Program-made: the position numbers and the translations under genes
The notes under the pieces: generated by a model
Told to the model about the DNA's origin: nothing
Databases searched by the model: none
What the model saw: the letters and a program-made list of their open reading frames with translations, nothing else
Origin: Klebsiella pneumoniae
Lineage (GTDB): Bacteria; Pseudomonadota; Gammaproteobacteria; Ga0077536
DNA length: 64,000 bases
Direction of reading: 5' to 3'
Assembly (NCBI GenBank): GCA_945862315.1
Contig: CAMAXW010000005.1
Location: 17,890 to 81,889 of the forward strand
Shown: positions 42,534 through 53,325 of the stretch, piece by piece
Layout: each line of letters starts with the position of its first letter
Position numbering within the stretch: the first letter of the stretch is position 1

Positions 42534-45071
42534 ATGCGTGATCCCGCCACCCACACCCCGGTCATGCAGCAGTATCTAGGCATTAAAGCCGAGTATCCCG
42601 ACCGTTTGCTGTTCTATCGCATGGGCGATTTTTATGAACTGTTCTTCGAAGACGCCCAACGCGCGGCCCGCCTCCTCGATATTGCCTTGACCAGTCGCGG
42701 GGACAGCGGCGGCGAGAAAATCCCGATGGCGGGGGTGCCGGCACACGCGGCAGAACAATACCTGGCGCGGCTGCTGAAACTCGGCGAATCGGTGGTGATT
42801 TGCGAACAGGTGGGCGACCCTGCGACGTCCAAAGGACCCGTCGAACGGCGGGTAGCCCGGGTGCTCACACCAGGCACTGTGACCGACGATGCGCTGCTCA
42901 CCGCGCGCGCCGAAACACTGCTGGCGGCCGTGCATGCGGTGGGCGAAACCCTCGGTTTGGCATGGGTTGATTTGGCCAGCGGTCGCTTCCTAGTCACCCC
43001 GCTCACCGACCTGGCAACCCTTGCCGCCGAGCTCAGCCGCCTCGCGCCGGCAGAAACACTGGTTGCGGAAGGCTGGCAGCCAACGTTCGCCATCCCCGGC
43101 CTGCGTCACCGCCCCGCCGCGCAGTTTGCAGCCCCCACGGCTGAACGGCGCCTACGCGCCAGCTTCCAACTGGGCAGTCTGCGGGCCTTAGGGCTAGACG
43201 ATACGCCGGCGCTCGCAGGGGCCGCTGGGGCCCTGCTCGCGTATTGCGAGGAAACCCAATGCGGACCCCTGCCCCACCTGCAACCGCCCATGGTGGAACT
43301 GACTTCGGAGGCGGTGGTGCTCGATGCGGCAACCCGGCGGCATCTCGAAATTGCGATTGGTCCGGACGGCGATGAACGCCACACCTTAGTGGCCTTGATG
43401 GATACCAGCATCACCGCCATGGGTGGTCGTCTGCTGCGGCGTTGGCTACAACGGCCAAGCCGGAATCAAACCGAGCTCACGCTGCGGCTGGAGACCGTCA
43501 GCGCCTTGATCCACACCAGCGTGCTCGACGACGCGCGATTACAGCTACGCGGCGCCGGCGATTTAGAACGCATCGTCACGCGGATTGCTTTGGGCAGCGC
43601 CCGTCCGCGCGATTTGGTCAGCCTGCGCCACACCCTGGACATGCTCCCTCATTTGACGAACTTACTGGCGCCACTGGCCGTACCGCGTTTGGCAGCTCTC
43701 TGCGCGCTGTGCCCGGCCTACGCCACTCAGGCCAACCTGTTAGCCCGAGCAGTCGCCGACAGCCCGCCGGCCATCGCGCGCGATGGGGGGGTAATCGCGC
43801 CAGGTTTCGATCCCGAACTGGACGAATTGCGACAACTGGCCGGCGACGCCGATCGCTATCTGCTCGATCTGGAACGTCGCGAACGTGAACGCAGCGGCAT
43901 TGCAACGCTCAAAGTGGGCTACAACCGCGTGCATGGTTATTACTTGGAACTCGGTCGCAGCCGTGGCGACGAGGTGCCGGCGGATTATGTCCGGCGACAA
44001 ACGCTAAAGGGCGTCGAGCGCTACATCACCCCTGAGCTTAAATCTTTTGAAACCAAAATTTTACACGCGCATGAGCAGGCGCTGGCGCGCGAGCGCCAAC
44101 TCTACGCAGCACTGCTCACCGAACTGGCACTGGCCACCACACCGTTGCAGGCCAGCGCCGCCGCGCTCGCGGAAATCGATGTCTTGGCCTGCTTTGCCGA
44201 GCGCGCGCAGAGCCTTGGGTATCACGCGCCGCAGTTTGTGCAAACACCCGGCATCGCCATCACCCAAGGCCGCCACCCCGTGGTGGAACAGCGCTGCGAA
44301 GATCCCTTTGTTGCCAATGATTTAAACCTCGATGCAGCGCATCGCATGCTGGTAGTGACCGGCCCCAATATGGGTGGAAAATCTACCTATATGCGCCAAG
44401 CGGCGCTCATCGCAGTACTCGCGCACAGCGGTAGCTTTGTGCCGGCGCGGCACGCCGAGTTTGGTCCTTTGGATCGCATTTTTACCCGCATCGGCGCCGC
44501 CGACAGCGTGAGTCGCGGTCACAGTACTTTTATGCTGGAAATGACCGAAACGGCGCATATCCTGCGCTACGCCACGCCGCAAAGTCTGGTGTTAGTGGAT
44601 GAAATTGGTCGCGGCACCAGTACCTTCGATGGCTTGTCCTTGGCGTGGGCGACGGCCGAACATCTGGCACAGGTCAATCAGGCATTTACCTTGTTTGCCA
44701 CCCATTATTTTGAGTTGACTAGCCTCGCCAATGAGATTCCCCTGATCAGCAATGTGCGTATGGACGCGATTGAACACGATGAAAAAGTCGTTTTTCTGCA
44801 CGCGGTGCGCGCCGGCCCGGCCAATCAAAGTTTTGGTTTGGCGGTTGCCCTATTGGCCGGTATGCCGCGCGCGGTGGTGCAGCGGGCACGGGCACGGCTC
44901 GCGCTACTCACGGCGCATTATGTGACGCCACTGCCACTCGCGACGCCCAGCATGCCGGCGCCGCCAGAATGCCCCACCTTGGCGCTGCTGCGCGCGAGCG
45001 ACCCCGACACGCTCAGCCCGCGCGACGCGCTGAACCTCATCTACCGCTTGCGCGCCACGCTATCGGACTAA
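42534..45071 (+). CDS. mutS: DNA mismatch repair protein MutS
   Basis: 845 aa. The Walker A motif [13 protein letters not shown] is present and the sequence is MutS-like throughout. Confidence 0.95.
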   Translation: MRDPATHTPVMQQYLGIKAEYPDRLLFYRMGDFYELFFEDAQRAARLLDIALTSRGDSGGEKIPMAGVPAHAAEQYLARLLKLGESVVICEQVGDPATSKGPVERRVARVLTPGTVTDDALLTARAETLLAAVHAVGETLGLAWVDLASGRFLVTPLTDLATLAAELSRLAPAETLVAEGWQPTFAIPGLRHRPAAQFAAPTAERRLRASFQLGSLRALGLDDTPALAGAAGALLAYCEETQCGPLPHLQPPMVELTSEAVVLDAATRRHLEIAIGPDGDERHTLVALMDTSITAMGGRLLRRWLQRPSRNQTELTLRLETVSALIHTSVLDDARLQLRGAGDLERIVTRIALGSARPRDLVSLRHTLDMLPHLTNLLAPLAVPRLAALCALCPAYATQANLLARAVADSPPAIARDGGVIAPGFDPELDELRQLAGDADRYLLDLERRERERSGIATLKVGYNRVHGYYLELGRSRGDEVPADYVRRQTLKGVERYITPELKSFETKILHAHEQALARERQLYAALLTELALATTPLQASAAALAEIDVLACFAERAQSLGYHAPQFVQTPGIAITQGRHPVVEQRCEDPFVANDLNLDAAHRMLVVTGPNMGGKSTYMRQAALIAVLAHSGSFVPARHAEFGPLDRIFTRIGAADSVSRGHSTFMLEMTETAHILRYATPQSLVLVDEIGRGTSTFDGLSLAWATAEHLAQVNQAFTLFATHYFELTSLANEIPLISNVRMDAIEHDEKVVFLHAVRAGPANQSFGLAVALLAGMPRAVVQRARARLALLTAHYVTPLPLATPSMPAPPECPTLALLRASDPDTLSPRDALNLIYRLRATLSD

Positions 45072-45179
45072 AGCCCGCGCGGAATGCCCCCAACAGCCAC
45101 ACCATACGCTACCGCATGGTTCCCCTCGCGCGATCGATCGCTATAATGCGCGCACCTTCCAGCAAGACGTTGACTCAAT

Positions 45180-45503
45180 ATGACATTCGTAGTGATAGAA
45201 AATTGCATCAAGTGCAAGTACACCGACTGTGTCGAAGTGTGCCCCGTGGATTGCTTCCACGAAGGCCCCAATATGCTCGTCATCGACCCGGACGAATGTA
45301 TCGACTGCACCCTGTGCGAACCCGAATGCCCAGCTGAAGCCATTAAATCAGAAGACGATTTAACGGACTCCGAGCAGCATTTCCTGCAACTGAACATCGA
45401 CCTCGCCAAAGACTGGCCGGTGATCAACGAAATGAAAGAGCCGCCTGCCGACGCAGACGACTGGAAGGGCGTGGCTGACAAACTCCAGCACCTCGCGCGC
45501 TGA
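45180..45503 (+). CDS. fdxA: 7Fe ferredoxin (FdxA type)
   Basis: The N-terminus reads [26 protein letters not shown] and the motif [12 protein letters not shown] is present. Confidence 0.9.
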   Translation: MTFVVIENCIKCKYTDCVEVCPVDCFHEGPNMLVIDPDECIDCTLCEPECPAEAIKSEDDLTDSEQHFLQLNIDLAKDWPVINEMKEPPADADDWKGVADKLQHLAR

Positions 45504-45870
45504 TCCGGCTTCACGGGTAAAAAAATCGCCGGCGTGCGTGGTCAAACGCGCGCCGGCGTGGCTCCCCCGCGGGCTCATCCTTGAGCCGTCTGCAGCGGGG
45601 TGGCATTGAAGGCCGACGCTAAGCGTCCTGGCCGCAGCGACCTACGCCTGACATCCTTATCAAACGCAGATGCAGCCTAACCAACGCTAGCGGGCGACGG
45701 CAAATTCCCGGCAAAGTGCGGCGGCGGAGAAAATTCTCAGCGCACCCAAATACTTGACGGACTATTCGCAGAAATTTGCGAGATTTTCGGCGCTTTATCG
45801 TAGCTCGCAAAGGAAATTTTCCCGCCTCCAAGCAGGTGTAACGCCTGCAGCAGTCACACCAACAGGCCCG

Positions 45871-45899
45871 TTGGAACTGGCAGGGCTGCGCTTTTATAC
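45871..45899 (+). promoter_or_regulatory. Candidate sigma-70 promoter (TTGGAA-N18-TATACT) upstream of DUF4124 gene 2 and the STK operon
   Basis: Read directly. It lies about 25 nt upstream of the ATG at 45924. Confidence 0.3.
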
Positions 45900-45923
45900 T
45901 GTCGACAGACTCTCGGAACAGGC

Positions 45924-46391
45924 GTGGCGCCGATGCGAATGGTTGGTCGTAACGACCTAAAAATAATGCTAGCGGCGCTGCTGTGGGCGGCATGGCTGCC
46001 CGCCCAAGCGGCCGAAATTTTTCGCTGGGTGGATGCCGATGGACAAGTGCATTTGGGTGATCGTCCCGCAAACCCAACCGCGCAAAAGTTAATCGTCCCA
46101 AGCAGCACCCCCCACCCGAGTCAGCCTCCAGATGCCGGGCGCACACAACGCCTGCTGGAGGAATATGCCGCGGCCCGGGCCGAGCACAAAGCCACCCGCG
46201 CCACTGCGGCCAAAGCCGCAGCCGAGCGCGAACAAGCCTGTTTGGCGGCTAAAAATCGTGCCTTAGAGACGGATCAAGCCGCCTACCTCTATGAGCGGGA
46301 CGCACAAGGGCAAAAGCGAATTTTGAGCGACCAAGAACGCCAAATGGCGCACACTGAAAGCCGTGCCGAAGTAACCCGCTGGTGCGACTAA
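45924..46391 (+). CDS. DUF4124-domain periplasmic protein (paralog 2)
   Basis: Signal peptide followed by EIFRWVDADGQVHLGDRP, a DUF4124 signature. The C-terminus has a Cys pair. Confidence 0.6.
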   Translation: MAPMRMVGRNDLKIMLAALLWAAWLPAQAAEIFRWVDADGQVHLGDRPANPTAQKLIVPSSTPHPSQPPDAGRTQRLLEEYAAARAEHKATRATAAKAAAEREQACLAAKNRALETDQAAYLYERDAQGQKRILSDQERQMAHTESRAEVTRWCD

Positions 46392-46473
46392 CGCCGCGCG
46401 TCGCACCCTAGTCGCTAGAAATTAGCCAAGGTAATATGGTCCCAAAATAGCCTCCAGTAAGGGAGCCAGGTCG

Positions 46474-49035
46474 ATGCAGGGATCTTTTTGGAAATCCGAC
46501 CGTTTCTTCGGTGCACTGATCTCGATCGGTCTCATCGCTGCGTGGTTGCTAAACCTGCCGATGCTGGAGCGCCTCGAAGGCGACGCCTACGACCTTGGGG
46601 TTCGGCTGTCCTCCCGTGAGGCCAGCGCCCGAAAGGATCAAATTGTGATCGTGGCAATCGACGATCAAAGCATTCAAAGCATCGGGCGGTGGCCGTGGCC
46701 GCGCGACGTGCACGCCAGTCTGATCAAAAAACTGACTGAAGCCGGCGCTAAAACCATCGCCTCAACGGTGTTCTACTCAGAACCGCAGGTCGACCCGGGT
46801 CTAAAATGGCTGCAACAACTGCGCGACCAACTTGCTGGTGCGGTGGTCAACGGTGCCAAAGGCGACCCCCAACAAACGCTCGACGCGGCCTTGGCAGCAC
46901 TGGACACAGATGCCATTTTAGGGCGAACCCTCCATGAAACCGGCAACACGGTCTTGGGGATGCAGTTCGAACCCGGTGAAGTGCTGGGCAACCCCGACGC
47001 GCCACTGCCGGCGTTTGTCACCCGCTTTGCTATTCCAACTGAAAATATCAGCGACCCCGCCGGGACCAATGAAGAATTCCCGATCACCACCGTCAAGGCA
47101 GCCCCGCCCGTGGCGCTAGTGGGCGATTCCGCAGCCGGACTAGGCGCGCTCATCAACCCGCTCGACAACGACGGCACGCTGCGCCGTGAACCCCTCGCGG
47201 TGCGTTATTACGACCAGTACTTCCCCTCGCTGTCGTTGGCCACCGCGGCGCGCAGCCTCAATTTAGGGGTCAAAGACATCCGCGTTCAGCGCGGCGATTC
47301 GGTACAACTGGGTGGGCTGTCCATCAAGACCGATGCAGCCTCGCTGATGAACACGTTTTACTACGGTGAGCACGACGGACGCGCGCCGTTCCCTGTTTAT
47401 TCCTTCTACAACGTCATCCAAGGCGAAATCGCCATGGACAGCTTCAAGGGTAAAATTGTGCTGGTGGGGGCGACGGCCTTTGGCGTCGGTTCGGATCTCC
47501 GCACGCCGCTGGGCGAGGCCAAAGGTCCCGTGCTGATTTTGGCACACCAAATCGCGAGCATTTTGAACCAGCATTTCTTTGTGCAGCCGAACTGGGCTTT
47601 TGGCGTCGAACTGCTGGCCATCCTGCTCGTGGCCGCCTACCTCATCGCACTGCTGCCGTTGCTTAAGGCCGGCGCCGGCGCGCTGACCAGCGCGGGCATT
47701 TTGCTGGCGCTACTGGCAACAGAACTCGGCGTCATGATCGGCACCGCCAACTGGATCCGCCTCGCCACTGCCGCGGCCCTGCTGGTCGTCGGCCATCTGC
47801 TGCTCACGACCAAACGCTATCTAGCGACGGAACGTGGTGCGCTCGACAGCGATATAAAAGCCGCCCTGTCTAACCGCCAACTGGCGCTGCAATTCCAGCA
47901 AAAAGGTGAACTCGACAACGCCTTCGAATACTTCCGTCGCTGCCCGGTCGATGAACAGGTTTTAGAGTCCTTGTATGCCTTAGCTACTGACTTTCAGGTT
48001 AAACGTAAACCCGAGAAATCCATGCTCGTCTACGAGTACATGCACGCTAAGAACCCTAAGTTTCGCGACATCCAGTCCAAAATCAATCAAGCCCGCCACC
48101 AAATGGAAACCCAGGCGCTCTATCCTAGCGGTCGACCGTTGGGCGCCGGCGGGGCTGCGCAAACGGCCGTACTGGCGGGGACGGGCGGCGCTAGCCAAAC
48201 CATGCTGGGTCGCTACGCGGTGGAACGCGAACTCGGTAAGGGCGCGATGGGGGTTGTTTATCTGGGTAAAGACCCCAAGATCAACCGGGTGGTGGCGATC
48301 AAAACCATGGCGCTGTCCCAAGAATTTGAAGCGGATGAACTGGAAGAGGTGAAAGCGCGCTTCTTCCGCGAAGCCGAAACCGCTGGACGCCTCCAGCATC
48401 CCAATATCGTGACCATTTACGATGCGGGCGAAGAACACGACCTCGCGTACATCGCGATGGAGTTTCTGGAAGGTCACGACCTCTCTCGTTACACCAAATT
48501 GGACACCCTGCTACCGTTGTCGGTGGTGCTGGGCATTATCTTCAAATCGGCCCTGGCGCTGGATTATGCCCACAAGGCCAATGTGGTCCATCGCGACATC
48601 AAGCCCGCCAACATCATGTTTGAGCCCACCAAAAAAACCGTGAAAATCACTGACTTTGGCATCGCTCGTATCACTGACTCCAGCAGAACCAAAACCGGCA
48701 TGGTGCTCGGCACTCCCTCCTACATGTCGCCCGAGCAGCTCTCGGGTAAAAAAGTGGATGGCCGCTCTGATTTATTTTCACTCGGGGTGATGCTGTACCA
48801 AATGGTCATTGGCAAGCTGCCTTTCCAAGGTGAGTCGATGGCCACGCTGATGTACAAAATCGCCAACGAACCCCATAAGGAACTCGCCGAACTCAAACCC
48901 GAACTGGCGGCGCAGCGGCCCTGTCTATCGGAAATCATCAACCGGTCGTTGCAGAAAGATGTCAACGCGCGGTACCAAACCGGCGCCGACATGGCCCGAG
49001 ATCTCCAAAACTGCGCCAAGCAGGTCACCGGCTAA
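46474..49035 (+). CDS. CHASE2-sensor Ser/Thr protein kinase (Hanks type)
   Basis: The N-terminal CHASE2 region reads ...IVIVAIDDQSIQSIGRWPWPRDVHASLI... A transmembrane block follows. The C-terminal kinase has an intact Gly-loop (LGKGAMGVVY), VAIK, HRDIKPANI and DFG. Confidence 0.85.
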   Translation: MQGSFWKSDRFFGALISIGLIAAWLLNLPMLERLEGDAYDLGVRLSSREASARKDQIVIVAIDDQSIQSIGRWPWPRDVHASLIKKLTEAGAKTIASTVFYSEPQVDPGLKWLQQLRDQLAGAVVNGAKGDPQQTLDAALAALDTDAILGRTLHETGNTVLGMQFEPGEVLGNPDAPLPAFVTRFAIPTENISDPAGTNEEFPITTVKAAPPVALVGDSAAGLGALINPLDNDGTLRREPLAVRYYDQYFPSLSLATAARSLNLGVKDIRVQRGDSVQLGGLSIKTDAASLMNTFYYGEHDGRAPFPVYSFYNVIQGEIAMDSFKGKIVLVGATAFGVGSDLRTPLGEAKGPVLILAHQIASILNQHFFVQPNWAFGVELLAILLVAAYLIALLPLLKAGAGALTSAGILLALLATELGVMIGTANWIRLATAAALLVVGHLLLTTKRYLATERGALDSDIKAALSNRQLALQFQQKGELDNAFEYFRRCPVDEQVLESLYALATDFQVKRKPEKSMLVYEYMHAKNPKFRDIQSKINQARHQMETQALYPSGRPLGAGGAAQTAVLAGTGGASQTMLGRYAVERELGKGAMGVVYLGKDPKINRVVAIKTMALSQEFEADELEEVKARFFREAETAGRLQHPNIVTIYDAGEEHDLAYIAMEFLEGHDLSRYTKLDTLLPLSVVLGIIFKSALALDYAHKANVVHRDIKPANIMFEPTKKTVKITDFGIARITDSSRTKTGMVLGTPSYMSPEQLSGKKVDGRSDLFSLGVMLYQMVIGKLPFQGESMATLMYKIANEPHKELAELKPELAAQRPCLSEIINRSLQKDVNARYQTGADMARDLQNCAKQVTG

Positions 49036-49050
49036 AGCCGGCACCTGACC

Positions 49051-49881
49051 ATGCTAAGCAGTAACGTGGAGTTCGCTATCGTCTCTGACCCCGGCCTCAA
49101 ACGCACGCATAACGAAGACAGTGCCCTCACCGACCGGAGCTTAGGGCTAGCGCTAATTGCCGATGGCATGGGGGGCTACAAATCGGGTGAAGTAGCCAGC
49201 GCGATTGCTGCCCAGTGCGTGCTGGAGGGGATTCGTGAAAACCACAACAAGCACCACTTCGTGCGCGGCACCGACGAGCAAAAAACATCCCAAGAAGGGC
49301 TGCTGATTCGCAAAGTCATATGTGCGGCTAATCAACGTATTTTTCGCACCGCGCATGCGTTGCCGCAGTGTCATGGAATGGGTACGACGATTGTCGCGGC
49401 GTTGTTTAGTGAGAACCACGTGACGCTGGCCCACGTGGGTGACTCGCGCATCTATCGGTTTCGTAATAACCAAATGTCACAGGTCACTAACGACCATTCC
49501 CTGCTGCAAGAACTCATCGACAGAGGCTTCTACACGCCGGAGGACGCGCGGGCCAACACGCCCAAAAACCTTGTCACACGAGCGCTGGGAATAGACGAAC
49601 AAGTAGCAGTAGAAGTGACGGAACACGCGACAGAAGAGGGGGACATCTTCCTGCTCTGTTCGGATGGCTTGAATGATATGGTGGAAGATGAAGAAATTAG
49701 TTTAACCCTCGGGAAATATAGTGCTAATCTTCTGACGTGCGCAAAAGAACTAGTCCGCCTCGCCAACCAAAATGGCGGTAAAGACAACGTATCTGTCGTG
49801 CTCGCTCGACCACGCGCACCCACTAACGAAGGTGTAAGTCTTCTCGCCAGACTCAAAAAGCTCTTGTTTAGAGCCAGCTGA
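49051..49881 (+). CDS. PP2C-family Ser/Thr phosphatase
   Basis: Carries the ADGMGG, LCSDGL and GGKDNVSVVL motifs. Confidence 0.85.
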   Translation: MLSSNVEFAIVSDPGLKRTHNEDSALTDRSLGLALIADGMGGYKSGEVASAIAAQCVLEGIRENHNKHHFVRGTDEQKTSQEGLLIRKVICAANQRIFRTAHALPQCHGMGTTIVAALFSENHVTLAHVGDSRIYRFRNNQMSQVTNDHSLLQELIDRGFYTPEDARANTPKNLVTRALGIDEQVAVEVTEHATEEGDIFLLCSDGLNDMVEDEEISLTLGKYSANLLTCAKELVRLANQNGGKDNVSVVLARPRAPTNEGVSLLARLKKLLFRAS

Positions 49882-49890
49882 CAGGAAACG

Positions 49891-50607
49891 ATGATGGGCA
49901 AACTCGTACTCAGCTTGAATGGCGTCGTGCACGGAGAGTTCCAGCTCAAAAAAGAGCGCATGACGGTGGGTCGTAAACCCGACAACGAGTTACAAATCGA
50001 TAACCTCGCGGTCAGCGGCAAACACGCCCTCATCATCACCATTCTCGACGACTCCTTCCTCGAAGACCTCGGCAGCACCAACGGGACTTACGTCAACGGG
50101 AAGCTCATCAAAAAGCATGCGTTGCGTGATGGCGACATCATTGGCATTGGCAAACACGAGCTCAAGTACGTCAACGAGCATGCCACTGCGGATGACGAAG
50201 AATTCGAAAAAACCATGATTATTCGACCCGGCTCGGCCAGCGCTGCCGTGGCCGCCGCCCGGTCTGTCGACAACGCGCCAACCGCCGCGCCGGCACCGGC
50301 ACCAGCCCCGACGGGGTTTGGTGGTGGTCTTCCCTTAGGCAAAATTAAAGTGCTGAACGGACCCATTGCTGGCAAGCAACTAGAACTCACCAAGGCGCTG
50401 ATCACGCTCGGCAAACCTAACGTGCAGGTGGCCGTTATCTCCCGCCGCCCACAGGGATATTTCTTGACCCACATCGAGGGTGACGGCAAAAACATGAATT
50501 TCCCGATCGTCAACGGACGGACGATGGGTGCGCAGGCCTACGCGTTGAAAACCGGGGATATCATCGAACTGGCGGGCGTTAAGATGGAATTCTCAATCAT
50601 TCGCTAA
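49891..50607 (+). CDS. FHA-domain protein with an N-terminal FHA domain and a second FHA-like C-terminal half
   Basis: Sequence ...TVGRKPDNELQIDNLAVSGKHALI...TNGTYVNGKLI... A second, similar beta-rich half sits in the C-terminus. Confidence 0.75.
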   Translation: MMGKLVLSLNGVVHGEFQLKKERMTVGRKPDNELQIDNLAVSGKHALIITILDDSFLEDLGSTNGTYVNGKLIKKHALRDGDIIGIGKHELKYVNEHATADDEEFEKTMIIRPGSASAAVAAARSVDNAPTAAPAPAPAPTGFGGGLPLGKIKVLNGPIAGKQLELTKALITLGKPNVQVAVISRRPQGYFLTHIEGDGKNMNFPIVNGRTMGAQAYALKTGDIIELAGVKMEFSIIR

Positions 50608-50636
50608 GCCGCTAGCAGTTCGCTGCAGCCGGCCAT

Positions 50637-52886
50637 CTACTCCGACAGCAGCGAATGAACGCCATCCCAGCCTACGGGGGGTGGGGAGCGCCGAAACTGC
50701 CGGATGCGTTCGATATAGACCTTGTAGAGCGCGGGCGAGCGCGAGGTCCTGGCCAAATTCACAAAACTCACCTCCGCCACATCCCACGCGCTCGTCCGAT
50801 ACAAACGCAGCGCTTCGCGGTGAAGTTTTAATTCGTCTTTCCATTTAGCGTCCAACTCGTCACGCCGACCGATGGGTTCATAAATGGGCATGGGTAGCGG
50901 GTGACCCGCCACCAACACGAGATCAATCTCACGATAAGCGTACTCCGGCATTGCGTCGCGCGTGTGCTCTCCAAGCAAAATCTCCACGCCGTAACGCTGT
51001 GTCAGCGCCTCCAAACGCATGCCTAGATCGGCTGCCGTGCCCAGCACGGTGTACGTCCTGCGGAATTCCGAACCCAGATTACCCACAGTCATCGTGTCGG
51101 TATTGATGCCAATGCCCACTTGCAGCGTTGGCCACCCGCGGGCCGCAAATTGCTGATTCAGCGTCGCGAGCTGCGAACGCATCGCGAGCCCGGCGCGTAG
51201 CGCGTTCAGGGCATGGTCTGAGGCTGGCAGCGGTGCGCCCCAAAACGCCATGACGGCAGGCCCTAGATATTTGTCGATGGTGCCGCGGTGCTCATGAATG
51301 GCACGTGTCATGGGGGTCAAAAACTGGTTGAGAAAATCTGCGAGCTCTTGGGGTGATAGCCCTGCGGTGAGCGCCGCAAACCCCCGCACCCGCAAAAACA
51401 AAATACTCATCTCGCAGCGGGTGGGTGCTAGCGAGTAGGCCGTGGGCTGCAGCGCCATTTCAGCCACCAGTTCCGGCGGCAGGTAGAGCCCAAACAGGCT
51501 GGACAACTGGCGCTTGCCGCGCGTCTCAATAAAGTAGCCATACGACATATTGAGCATAAACAGGACGCTCAACAGGATTAAACCGCCCGCCAGTGGCAGC
51601 ACTAAATTTCCCGCCACCCAGACCACAAGATTCAAGCCCAAATAAGCGGCCAGCAGCGCGAGCGTTAGGCCGGTGGCCAACAGTGGTGTTAGCAGAGGCG
51701 CTGCGACAGCCAGCACCACACCAAACAACAAAAGTAGCAGGCCTTCAGCGGCCAGCGTGTAGGCGGGCAGTTGCTTGATCGTGCCATCCAGAATGCCCGC
51801 GATGAGGTTGGCGTGGACTTCAACGCCGGGATAGGCCTCACCCACCGGCGTTGCGCGCAGATCCAACAAGCCCGGGGCCGTAGTGCCCACCAGCACTACG
51901 GCGTTTTTTAACAACTGTTTATCGACCTTACCGTTGAGCACATCGGTGGCCGAGAGATAGGTAAAACTACCGCGATAGCCACGATAAGGCACCAGCGCCT
52001 GAACACTACGGTCCACCGGCACCGCCGCGCGCCCGATGGTCAACCACTCAAGCCCCGGATAACCCCGGCCGCCGAACAACGGCTCCCCAAACCCCGGCGT
52101 GACCGTTTGTTTATCGCCCAGTATCTGGCGCGCCATTTCCAGCGACAGCGAGGCGTAATAGGCGCCCTCATAATTAATCAACATGGGAACCCGCCGCACC
52201 ATGCCGTCCGGATCGGGTTGCGGATTGAAATGGCCGCCGCCGTGCGCACTCGCCTGCAGCGCTGGCAAATTACCGCCGTAGCCATTGGCCTGCCGAAAGC
52301 CAATGTTCTTGCCCGTAAAAGTGCCTTTAACGAAGGTAGGTTGAGGCAGCGCGCCACTGCGCGTGGCAACCGCCGGGGCTGCCGCGAAATTGAAGTAATA
52401 CCCCAGCACCACCGGGTAGTGCGCAATCGCCTCGGCAAACTGCCGGTCGTAGTTCAGCCGGGGACGCACTTTTTCTAGCGCCTGCCTAAAACCAACGTCC
52501 CCCCGTAGTTCATTGTTGGCGAGTGCGTCCAAGACCTCCAAACCCGAACTGTTATCCGGCTCCGCAAACACGATATCGAAACCGAGTAGACCAATCTGGT
52601 ACTCATCAAAAAGGCGCCGCACGAGCACCGCCAGCTTATCGCGGCTCCACGGCCAGCGACCTTCAGCGGCGAGGCTTTTTTCGTCGATGTCGACAATCAG
52701 GATGCGGGGATCTGGGCGCTTGGGCATCGTGAGCAACAAGCGCTGGTCGTAGGCGAGGTTATCGAGTTGGTCGATCACTCCCAGGTGCAGCCAATCCGCC
52801 GCGTGGGCAACAAAGAGCAGCACCACCAACAGGCCTAACCCAATTTGAATTTTGGCTGCGTCCGCCCGCTTGAGCAGATTTCTCAT
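50637..52886 (-). CDS. CHASE2-sensor protein with a C-terminal class III nucleotidyl cyclase homology domain. The metal-binding Asp residues appear substituted, so it may be a pseudo-cyclase.
   Basis: The CHASE2 region reads ...ILIVDIDEKSLAAEGRWPWSRDKLAVLV... The cyclase homology region reads SILFLRVRGFAALT ... TIDKYLGPAVMAFWGAP ... FRRTYTVLGTAADLGMRLE. Confidence 0.7.
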   Translation of the reverse strand: MRNLLKRADAAKIQIGLGLLVVLLFVAHAADWLHLGVIDQLDNLAYDQRLLLTMPKRPDPRILIVDIDEKSLAAEGRWPWSRDKLAVLVRRLFDEYQIGLLGFDIVFAEPDNSSGLEVLDALANNELRGDVGFRQALEKVRPRLNYDRQFAEAIAHYPVVLGYYFNFAAAPAVATRSGALPQPTFVKGTFTGKNIGFRQANGYGGNLPALQASAHGGGHFNPQPDPDGMVRRVPMLINYEGAYYASLSLEMARQILGDKQTVTPGFGEPLFGGRGYPGLEWLTIGRAAVPVDRSVQALVPYRGYRGSFTYLSATDVLNGKVDKQLLKNAVVLVGTTAPGLLDLRATPVGEAYPGVEVHANLIAGILDGTIKQLPAYTLAAEGLLLLLFGVVLAVAAPLLTPLLATGLTLALLAAYLGLNLVVWVAGNLVLPLAGGLILLSVLFMLNMSYGYFIETRGKRQLSSLFGLYLPPELVAEMALQPTAYSLAPTRCEMSILFLRVRGFAALTAGLSPQELADFLNQFLTPMTRAIHEHRGTIDKYLGPAVMAFWGAPLPASDHALNALRAGLAMRSQLATLNQQFAARGWPTLQVGIGINTDTMTVGNLGSEFRRTYTVLGTAADLGMRLEALTQRYGVEILLGEHTRDAMPEYAYREIDLVLVAGHPLPMPIYEPIGRRDELDAKWKDELKLHREALRLYRTSAWDVAEVSFVNLARTSRSPALYKVYIERIRQFRRSPPPVGWDGVHSLLSE

Positions 52887-52967
52887 GCTGTCCCCACGAC
52901 GGCTTGGCCGTCTTAATCTTAACGTCGCTACCTGCTAGGCGAGCTACCAACCCCAGTCAGCCGTGTT

Positions 52968-53288
52968 TCAGTTGCGAGGTGGCGGGGTCGCATGAATCGA
53001 AAAAACTTTATCCAGTCGCGCGAGGGTCAACACACTCATGACGGGTTCGCTGACGGCGATGAGGAAGAATTGCAAACCCTTCTTTTTGGCCGCCTGAAAA
53101 CCTTCCACCAAACCGGCGATGCCCGAGCTGTCGATATAGCTCACCTGCGCCAGATTAACGCACGTATGCTGGCCCAAACGGAGCTGATCGAGGATGGTCT
53201 TGCGCACCGCAGGCGCACACGAGAGGTCGATTTCGCCCTCCAGATGCACCACGGCAAACCCACCTTCCATTATGACTTTGGCGGACAT
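52968..53288 (-). CDS. STAS-domain anti-sigma factor antagonist
   Basis: 106 aa. It contains the putative phospho-acceptor Ser in the stretch ...VSYIDSSGIAGLVEG... Confidence 0.8.
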   Translation of the reverse strand: MSAKVIMEGGFAVVHLEGEIDLSCAPAVRKTILDQLRLGQHTCVNLAQVSYIDSSGIAGLVEGFQAAKKKGLQFFLIAVSEPVMSVLTLARLDKVFSIHATPPPRN

Positions 53289-53325
53289 TTCTCGACTCCC
53301 AGTGCCCGCGCAGGCGTGCGGCAGG

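Noticed and set aside
45619-46146. Minus-strand 175-aa Cys/Arg-rich ORF spanning the fdxA to DUF4124 gap
   Set aside because: The composition, including CCLGR and CWCDCCRR, is typical of GC-rich non-coding or antisense translation. There is no RBS or domain signal.
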